64,000 nucleotides of DNA from Eukaryota sp. TZLM1-RC (Eukaryota > Protista > Metamonada: BaSk clade). The translations under genes and the position numbers were made by a program. Positions within the stretch are counted from its first letter, which is position 1. Each line of letters begins with the position of its first letter. This document shows positions 55,348-64,000 of the stretch, in pieces. The stretch is taken from contig JAUPSS010000004.1 of assembly GCA_040285825.1 (NCBI GenBank), forward strand, positions 6,539,784 through 6,603,783, read 5' to 3'. The notes under the pieces were generated by a model. That model saw only the letters and a list, made by a program, of their open reading frames with translations. It made no database searches and was not told the origin of the DNA.

Positions 55348-58300
55348 GCTAGAAGCACAAAAATGTCAAATAGTAGTAACACGTTCAGATTACTGGAATA
55401 TGAAGATGAAATGAATCAAGTTGATCTTTTCAAAACTTGAGGTCTTTCATTTCCTTTTTTTATTCATTTAATAAGGAATATGAAAACATAAAATACACAA
55501 CTAAAACTCCACATCCTCAAAACCTGCCTCCCCTACATCAAAACAATAATTGCTAAAGATGCAGAAAATTTCCCAAAAGAAGGGAGTGAATCAGAAATTA
55601 GTTTTACCATTCCCTTAAAAATAGAAAATACAATCCTGGTTTGCCAATAAACACGATTGAAAATTCTTCCAGTTCTTTCCTTTAAAACTACCACAAAATC
55701 CACAAGGAAAGCCATAGCAGCCTTACCTAGAGATTCAAGCAAAGAACAAACAAAGGGACATAATTTATATTGGGCATCAGAATTTTCATTGACAGAAGAA
55801 ATGGGTTTTGAATATTGAGCAATTTTATATTTTTCGCCAGCAAGAAGAGGATTATTTGCATCCGAGTTAATGAGATGTTCATTAGAGGAATTACAAGGGT
55901 CAATGGACATGGCGTCTAAAATAGTAAAACTACCATTTAAGCCGGGAACAAGCAGATCACCTCTTGTCAGATCCATAAAAGCTCTTTTGTAGCGCGTACT
56001 ATCAATATCGGGGTCATCAAGAATTAATTTTGATAACAAAGGCTCTAAAAAGGAATCTACTCGATATGATTTGCACATAACATAAATTTGGTCTCTGGCA
56101 TTATTATGCACTTTACTTCTAAATGAAATCAAATGTTTACAGTTCAAAAGATGAGCAAACAAAAGAGGTTTACCACATTTACATGTTAAATGATTTGGCA
56201 AATATATAATATATACAAATATACTCATCCACAACATGAATCATATTAAGAACAGCATTGACATTACGATTCCATAGACATCTACACTTCTTGCAAGTGA
56301 GGAATTTATGTCTTAGGACCGTTGGAGTCTTTGCTCTCCTGTAAGGTCTTGGATTAGGTACTCGATGCTTCTTTTCATTTTCACCTTCTTTTCCCTCGAG
56401 TACACATGCATGACATCGACAACTTGTTCTATATTCATCCAGTAGCAATAGACGGAAGTTACGTTTTTTAAACATCTTTCGATAACCAACATGCTTTGTA
56501 GGTGCTTGATGTTTAAAATTGGTTTGCTTCCAGTCACCCTTCACTACAATGTTATCTTCAGGACCTCCAAACTTATTTTCAAATTCATTCATCCATTTTG
56601 CGTCAGACCTCTCTGTGACCATGAATCTTCGCAGTTTAATGACTCTTAATTCTTTATTAAAGTAAAAAGCTCCAACATGTAGACAAAAGTTGTTTTTTGC
56701 CTTGCAGTAGTTTAGGAATTTTCCATGATCTAGAGTTTTTTTTGAAAATTGTTTTAATTCTTCTTGCCACTCCTTTACAGTTTTGTTTTGAATATCTATG
56801 ATTCTTTAGCATTTTTATAGAATTTTTGATGGTCTTTGTTCAGAGTTTCTCTTCTCCTCCGAGGAGCAGTGAGCCTCTTGAAAGTATATTCCTTTAGTTT
56901 TGTTTTCTTGTTTTCATTTGGAGGAGGAGGATTTTGTTTTTGTTTGAAGTTTAAAATCTTTTGTTTTGCCTTTTTGTTTCTTTTCATTCTGTTGATAAAA
57001 CTTCTATTTCTTCCTTTGTTTTCTTCATGACGCCATTCGTCCCTTCAAATCTTGAATCTGTTGGGGTTGAGTGTGGTTCAATTAACATGTTGGGATTTGG
57101 GCAATTTAATTTTCGTTTTTCAGCCATTAATTGGTGCCTAATGCCAGGGTCAATTACTGTGAAGGTATCTATCAGCTCATCCCGTAGAAAATCAGTCAAG
57201 TGAATATTTTTTTCACCTTTTTCTGGCTCTTAAAGCGACTCTTCCCAGCTTTGTCTTTTCGTATGAGATGTAATGAGCAACTTACACCATCAGACCTCAT
57301 AGAAAAATTAAAACAGTAGTCTTTCTGATGGAAAACACTTTTACCTGTCCGCATTGTCCATTTCCAATATTGATGTCGGAATATTTCTGAATGTTCACCC
57401 AGTAGCGCTTCAAAATTTTTCGGGTAATTTGATTCATCTGGGATTAAAATTCTGTAAATTGCTTGGGTATCCCAGAAAGCATGCCCAAGTAGCTCAGTGG
57501 TCTGAAGTGGAAATAAATTATACTTAAAAAATCAATATTTGTGGAAGGAATTATTTTTCAAAAAATTAATTGCCTTAAACAATCATAAACATGAAATCAG
57601 TCATTGTAGTGGGTCGACACTAAAAAAGTAACTCACTCTTTGAATTTTATCTAAATCAGGTAAAAAAAAGTTTAGATTTTGATGTAGAAATATAATTCTT
57701 GGGGACAACAGTTCTTTAATACTGTCAATAATCAAAATTTGTTTAGGTAGAGTCAATTTAAGCTTATAGAAAATATTGATTAAGCAAAAGCGAGGATGAA
57801 TAGAAGTATAAGCAGCACTATGGAAGAGTTGAAAAAAAGTATCAACAACATGAATTCTAGTAGAATAAAGTTCATTTAGACGGGTATGAGAGAAGTAAAG
57901 ATCCAGAAATTCATTCAACAATTTTGGAAAGTTTTGCTTTACAGATAAAGCGAGCGAATCCAGATGTTCATCAATACTGTATCTGGTGATTCTATTCATT
58001 GACTTGAGATACAAACTAGAATTTCCTTCAGGCAGAGTTTGGGAATAATACATTGTAAAGTATTCCCTCACATTATTTGGGAAAAACCTTCCCCTGATGT
58101 CTGTTTTGGCACTCTACCCTGCATGGAAATGTGGACACAAATCATGGCAGCAGATTTCTCTTCTAGAACAGACAGAACAGCAATGAAAAGTTTTGAATAA
58201 GTAAAGCGGCTCAGATTATTATTAAAAGAAGAAGTACAAAAGGAAGTATAAAAGAAAGAGTCTAGATAAAAGAAGTTTTCAACAGATTGGAAAATGTTGT

Positions 58301-58460
58301 CAAAAAAAGTGTACAACAGAATGGTTTTGAAGGATCTTTGGATTGAATTATGTGATGGCATCTTCTTCTCTATATGTTCTTGTTCAATTCTGTAATTATT
58401 TGATTTTTCAATTTCTGAGTCTTCAAACCTCCATACTCCTACATACTCCAGATACTCTAT
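55348..58460 (-). pseudogene. Fanzor family A copy A2, near full length, degenerate, interrupted by N1
   Basis: N-terminal helical remnants 58360-57600; FPL...DT and SDGVSCS motifs (57.3-57.5 kb); RuvC-I VIDPG; GDW; LLDEYRTS; Zn finger; WNRNVNA. C-terminal GNERPQVLKRST* resumes below the insertion (stop 55416-55418). Left boundary uncertain. Confidence 0.85.
55457..56203 (-). mobile_element. 5'-truncated N1 retrotransposon inserted in the last codons of Fanzor A2
   Basis: N1 3' sequence. Compared with A1 (TTCCTTTAAGATACTGATCC), the target is split here, with an AT-rich filler at 56204-56220. Confidence 0.9.
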
Positions 58461-58589
58461 TTTTGACTTATTGAAAGTTAGAAAGCCAAATCAAATGAAT
58501 GAAACTTACTTACATCAGTGTACCCAAAATAGGTTGGTCTGACTAAATATTCTGGAGTTCAAATTCTTCCTTTCTGAAGTAATGAACTA

Positions 58590-58680
58590 CTTTCTCTCGG
58601 ATCTCACTAAGGCAGTTGCACCCAGTTGTTTTATCTTGGGTGAGATCTATCATTTAGATGTGGAGTTATAAGTTGTTTAA
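58590..58680 (+). mobile_element. Very short N4 3' stub
   Basis: GGATCTCACTA...GTTGCA...TTGGGTGAGATCTATCATTTAG matches 19588-19650. Confidence 0.6.
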
Positions 58681-60511
58681 TAGATCTATTTAATACAAAA
58701 TATTCAGAAAATTCAAGTGTGGTTTTCACTTTGGTTGCATATTGGTGAAATTTTTTCTTTCACCAACTGTTTCTTTCACCAACTCAATTAACTACCTTTT
58801 GTCTTATATGGGTCTTACATTTCAAATTTCAGCATTATGATTGAGTAGACAGGACTCAATTTCAGACCACAAACAATTCAAGTAGAAAATGTATACGTTT
58901 AGTCTATTTTTTAGTTGTGGTTGAGTCAGTTGCCCTTTATTTGCAATTATATTCAAGACAATAATTTGAAATGATCGAAGCAGCTGAAGCTTGAAGCTGG
59001 TATGTACCAGTCAGATCCTAGAATTATTAACATTACTGTGTTAATTTTAAAAGAGGAGTATTAGATTCTATTCATTGAACAGGTAAGTCTTCCTCAATCT
59101 TCACCTTAATTATAAAATCCTCTTTCACCACACCACTTCTTTCACCAACACTATTCTTTTTACCAACACTTGAACGAACACTATAATAAAACATGAATCG
59201 AAAATATTTTATTTTGGAACTATTAGTTATGTGGTAAGTATTAGCACTTTTAGTTCCAATTTAAATCACCTATAATACTACCGTCACTAATATTATATAT
59301 TATTATATATATTATTATATAAAGATTATTCACTAGTATTTACACAAATTATTATCAACCACGCACATTCAAAACAGTGAAGGTTCAGTAAGTTATTAAC
59401 CAGAAAATCTTCTTTCTCAAGAGTCTGAACCTGAATTCAAGGGGATAGGTTTCACTCATAGCAGCGTGGACGTCTTCAGACTTATCATCGTATCACACTA
59501 CATTAATACGAAATTAGTCAAAATCAATCTCTGCAAGGAAGCCATGTTGACTAACATTACAAGTGTCTTCAATGCAGTTTCAATTGGAGTTCATTAAGTT
59601 CAAAAAACTTCTGCTCATTAGACTTTAGAAGTTCATGTATATCAGCAGTAGGTTAGACTGGAGTAGATTAAGATTGGAGTGAGTTGATTCGTAGAGAGTG
59701 AACAACCGATACCAGAGGTGTAAGGGTGTATATTGACAACTGGTGGTAATACAAGTGAAGACAGGAGGAACATCTTCTATGGAAGAAAGATGAGTAGAAA
59801 GAGGGTGAAGAGTGTGAAGTAGAGAGACAAGGTAATAATAAGTATTCAGATGTCTAGTTTCAAGACAAGAAGTGCAGCTGAGCGGGGTGACACAGCAGAA
59901 GTTGTTGGCACAGCTTGGGATGGACGATATGCAATAGACTCGAGTTTAGACTCAAGAATAGCCAGCAGTGCCTCTACAGACTGTCTTTTGTTAGTCTATT
60001 TTATGGGATTCAATGTTTTATAGTCAATGTGTGAGCGCACTAAACGAAACCTATAATCGCTATAATAGAAAAGCCAACAGTTCCACAAAGATCCATAACG
60101 AATTCAGATATAGTTGAACGAGGAGCAAAAGGTTCTTCGTCAAAGAAGGAAAGAAATGGGAAGAAAGAAACGGGTGTTGTGACTTCCCTTGGTAACGTGT
60201 TTGTACTGAATAAGGGAATTAAATTGTGAAACTTTACGAATTTTTTGAATCTACAAACACCCTTGATTAAACGAACAACTGCTTTGACTAACAACAATTT
60301 CGTCAAATTTCGCATCAGTTTACTTTTTTTAGGAAAGAAAATGCTTAAAGCAGGTCCAGTATCTATTATAAATGTGTCTATTTATCAGTTTGTGCATGTT
60401 TCATTGTTTTGTGGATGTGAGGAGTTGAAAATACACCAAATTTTAAAAGTAACTGAAACTGAGAAATCAATCATTTTTGATTGTCTGCACCTTCCGTTTT
60501 CAGTAAGGAGT

Positions 60512-62340
60512 ATGCAGTCATGGACACGTGCCTGATCCCTTCATCAGTTCTTTGAGCGGCCAGTGTGTAATTACATTGATGGACAGCTGACCAAGGTGAC
60601 CACCATGGCTCACCTCGGCAGTTTGCTGGCCAGAGTTTTTGCTGTGCGCTTCCCTGAAGACAGTCATTTCCTGACTCAGCATCAATTCTGGATCCAGTGT
60701 CTTGACTTTGTGGCGGTCTCTAAGCCAAAAGTCAGACATCCATTTAACAGACCTGGCAAAGGCCATGTGTATGAGAAGCTCGAGCGAATCTCTACATCAT
60801 GGCCGTTTGCTGTCTTGTTCTTGTCAAGAACAGGTCGTAATCATGCACTACCCACTAGTAGGCCTCTACAACAACTAGTGGATGCAAAGTGCCGCCAGCC
60901 GCAAGGCAACTACCAGCAGCTTCTTGCTGATGGACTTGTGTCGTGGAAGCTTAACTTCTTCCGCTCGTATGCGGTAGGTTATAACTGCCCTGCACCAGCC
61001 ACTTATGCTGGTTCTGTTCTTCACAACAGCACGAACTTTCGTGAACCTCTTCTTTCTTGGTTCAACACTCACCATACCATGGCTCTTACTCTGTTTAACT
61101 TTTTGGTTGGTGATCCTCAAAGGTACAACACTCTTCTTTCTTCTCGAAGAGTGACTCTTAATCAAGAGAACAGTACCTACATCTTTCGTTGCGGCTTAAC
61201 AATCCAAAACTACCTGGAGCAAGCCTTTCCATATACCTTTAGACGACATAGACTCACTCCCATCGCTAGTTTGAAGCCTGCTTTTGTCCCCTTTTCCACA
61301 TGGGTTCTCAACCATTTTATCTCCAAAAACACATCACAAACAATTTTGAAAAACCCTTATTTATTTTTTAAAACAAAAGCTAATGACTACACCATGTCTT
61401 CTAATGGTGATAGTGTCCGTATAACTTTCAAACCGCACCCCAAAGCAACACGAGTGAGATTGTCCGGAGAAGCCTTGAGTAATAAGAGATCCAGAGGGGA
61501 ACTTGATTACTATGAAACCACTCGGAATAAAAAACATACCTTGCAAGCCAAGGTTGAACGGCCAAGACCTCGCCAGAAACCAAAAGCTACTGAGTGGCAG
61601 GCACCTGATGATGAAACGGAAATGGTGTTCTGGGCCATCGGCCCCAACCACTCAAATCTATGTGGTTCCAGCATTGGAACACGTTCAGGGCCGACCGTAT
61701 CCAATATCTTCTTGGCACCAAAGCAACGAAAAATCAATCACTCCGCTTCACTGACCCACTCATCAATAGATGTTTATGACGTGCAGAAATTGAACCATTA
61801 TCTGCTGGAAATATCAACTATCGGTGACTATAAGGACTATGAAGGTAATAACGTAAGACGATCATTGCTAAAGCAGCAATTATATCTGAGTGCTCGAAAA
61901 GCATTGAGGAGAAACACATTTGACTTCTTTATAAGAAAACAGAAAAGATTTAGCTCCATTATCAACAAAGTGAAAAAATTTGCAAACGGTCGAGAATAAA
62001 GGTGTGGTTTGGCAATGGAGGTGGTGGTACATCACGTCAAAAAGTGAAAACTCCACGTAAGGCATTTCTCAAGATGTTACAATGTTCATTTGCTAATGTG
62101 AAGATCGGAGATGAATATATGACATCTGCAAAGGTGAACTGCTGCAAGATGCTACACCAAAAGATCTATAGAGAAGTTGATGGTGAACTTAAAGTTCACA
62201 ACGCCTATTTCAGTTGTCCGGAATGTAATCAAGTATGGTCTAGAGACATTTCTGCATCACTAAATCAGCTAGAAATTGCAATTAGTGAGCACTACTATGG
62301 AACAAGACCAGAAGCGTTCCAGAGACTGGAAAGAAACTAG
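60512..62340 (+). pseudogene. Fanzor family B copy B3, near full length with few lesions
   Basis: About 600 codons. In-frame TGA 60533-60535; RuvC-I AIGPNHSN (D-to-G at 61640-61642); frameshift near 62000; then WFGNGGGG, GDEYMTS, NCC..CPEC, WSRDISASLN, RPEAF. Confidence 0.88.
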
Positions 62341-63283
62341 CTTCAAAGCTAAGTATTGTTTTAGAGGAGAAATGGGCTCACTGAGATTGGTGGCCAATTA
62401 TTCGAGGATTCTAGAACGTCTGTGGACGATCTCACCAAGAATGAAAGTTCTTGGAATAAGTTTGAATGATGCTTGATGAAAGTATGCATTTCAAGTGAAA
62501 ACCACAGAAGTCGAAAACTTAAAACTTAGGAGCATTACGTTTAGAAGCAAAGTGCATAATATCGTCAGGGACCAAATTTATGTAATGTGCAAATCATATC
62601 GTGTAGATTCCTTTTTAGAACCGCTGTTATCAAAATTAATTCTTGATGATCCCAATATTGATAGTACGCGTTACAACAGAGCTTCTATGGGTCTGACTAG
62701 AGGTGATCTAGTTGTTCCTGGTTTAAATGGTAGTTTTACTATTTTGGACGCCATGTCTATTGACCCTTGTAATTCCTCTAACGAACATTTCATTAACTCG
62801 GATGTAAATAATCCTCTTCTTGCAGGCGAAAAATATAAAATTGCTAAATATGCGAAACCCATTTCCTCGGTTAATGAAAATTCTCATGCCCAATATAATT
62901 TATGTCCATTTGTTGTTTCTTTGCTTGGATCTCTAGGTAAGGCTGCTATGGCTTTCCTTGAGGATTTCGTTGTAGTTGTAAAGGAAAGAACTGGAAGAAT
63001 TTTCAATTGTGTTTACTGGCAAAACAGGATTGTATTTTCTATTTTTAAGGGAATGGTAACACTAATTTCTGATTCACTATCTTCTTTTGGGAAATTTTCT
63101 GAATCTTTAGCGATTAATTGTTTTGATGTAGGGGAGGCAGGTTTTGAGGATGTGGAGTTTTAATTGTGTATTTCATATTTGTTGTTGAATAAAAATAAAT
63201 ATTTAAAAAAAAACTTAGGAGCATTCTTTCAAATTCGCTATCCACCCACTAGGTTAACAACCTACCTCCTCTCCAATATCTTA
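62341..63283 (+). ncRNA. Candidate omegaRNA downstream of B3 (62341-62536 plus 63226-63283 once the N1 insertion is removed)
   Basis: Stems: TGAGAT/ATCTCA 62382-62434; CGTC-TGTG-GACG; CCAAGAAT-GAAA-GTTCTTGG 62435-62454; GCTTGA/TCAAGT; TAGGTT/AACCTA 63250-63264; closing AGAGGAG/CTCCTCT and AAGTATTG/CAATATCTT. Confidence 0.55.
62537..63209 (+). mobile_element. Young 5'-truncated N1 retrotransposon
   Basis: Nearly identical to 40893-41555. 16-bp TSD AAAACTTAGGAGCATT at 62521-62536 and 63210-63225; short poly(A). Confidence 0.93.
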
Positions 63284-63623
63284 TGTTACAAATTAACAGC
63301 AAGAGAGTTGTAGTAACACATTGTGATGTAGTTTCTTCGACGAGGACTACAAATTCAACATCGAAGGTCTTACCCTTGTGGTTACACCGTGATCATCCGA
63401 TGGCTCAATCCGATCAGTCCCAAGTCCAAAACTGATCTTGCAAATTCCTTGTATTGCACCACCATACATCACACTACCAGGTGAACAAAAAAAGTGTTTT
63501 ACTTTATTTGTGTGATGCTTGCTCATCATATTGACCACACATCATAATTAATGATATCCTTACAACTTAGTAGATCTCAAACCACGTCATGCATTTTTCA
63601 AAGTGGTCTTACTCTGACATTGC

Positions 63624-64000
63624 ATGTTGACTCTCGGTGTCAGACACGAAACACTTAATCCATATGAGCGTCGTGCTCCATTGGTACCATCTGATGTTCA
63701 AAAGCTTGTAGACAAGGGCATCACAGTTCTCGTTGAATCTTCCACCACACGAATCTATTCTAACTCTCAGTATGAAGCTGCTGGAGCCACTATAGTCAAG
63801 TATGGAGACATTGGAAAGGCTGATGTCATTCTTGGTATTAAGCAGGTACCAAGAGCCAATCTCTATCCTAACAAAACTTATGTTTTCTTCAGTCACACCA
63901 TCAAAGGACAGAAGGGTAACATGTCAATGCTGGAAGATATCCTTGCCAAAAAGATCACCCTTATTGATTATGAAGTCATTACTGATTCGGCGGGAAAGAG
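63624..64000 (+). CDS. Lysine-ketoglutarate reductase / saccharopine dehydrogenase (AASS-like), 5' part, runs off the window
   Basis: Manual translation: MLTLGVRHETLNPYERRAPLVPSDV...YEAAGA...ILGIKQVP...KTYVFFSHTIKGQKGNMSMLEDILAKKITLIDYE. Not in the ORF track. Confidence 0.85.
   Translation, partial: MLTLGVRHETLNPYERRAPLVPSDVQKLVDKGITVLVESSTTRIYSNSQYEAAGATIVKYGDIGKADVILGIKQVPRANLYPNKTYVFFSHTIKGQKGNMSMLEDILAKKITLIDYEVITDSAGK

Noticed and set aside
55533-56237. Fanzor-RLE fusion protein
   Set aside because: Accidental junction of an insertion; the frames are not joined and the displaced Fanzor C-terminus lies beyond the insert.
59400-60320. Coding-like minus-strand sequence upstream of Fanzor B3 as its transposase
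   Set aside because: Fragmented, with no identifiable transposase motif.
62495-63163. 222-aa ORF right after Fanzor B3 as a dedicated partner gene (Fanzor-RLE operon)
   Set aside because: It is a 5'-truncated N1 insertion with TSD and poly(A); its GTG start comes from flanking DNA.
63283-63540. Small gene between the B3 RNA and the LKR gene
   Set aside because: No recognisable product in any frame; only a frame of about 50 codons from the ATG.
1-64000. Alternative genetic code or stop-codon readthrough to explain broken ORFs
   Set aside because: Conserved host genes end at TAA, TAG and TGA in the expected places; breaks are confined to TE relics or explained by tiny introns.

Overview
AT-rich, gene-dense eukaryotic (probably protist) DNA using the standard genetic code, with rare and very short (27-31 nt) GT-AG introns. 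The species cannot be identified from the window. Host genes: F-box/LRR-like protein, intronless TRRAP/Tra1, secreted FG-GAP protein, coiled-coil protein, UMP-CMP kinase, bystin/Enp1, UDP-glucose pyrophosphorylase, two convergent half-size ABCA transporters, a Sel1-repeat protein, an A/B-type cyclin, BMS1, a BRCT protein and the 5' part of a lysine-ketoglutarate reductase (AASS-like). The spaces between genes hold nested mobile DNA: (i) at least five decayed Fanzor (eukaryotic TnpB-like RNA-guided nuclease) loci from two families, A and B; (ii) about a dozen 5'-truncated RLE-type non-LTR retrotransposon copies from about five subfamilies; (iii) a tandem gag-only mini LTR element; (iv) an integrase relic. 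Main observation: three Fanzor 3' ends (where the omegaRNA scaffold meets the flank-derived guide) stop about 0-6 nt before the ATG of a real host gene on the same strand, and a fourth abuts the ATG of a doubtful short ORF. Predicted guides would therefore be the 5' ends of host genes. Both family-A copies also share a RuvC-III D-to-N substitution. Multi-hairpin omegaRNA-like segments follow the family-B ORFs, and an orphan structured segment of about 330 nt lies at 53.2-53.5 kb. All alignments and RNA pairings were done by eye, and mobile-element boundaries without target-site duplications (TSDs) are approximate.
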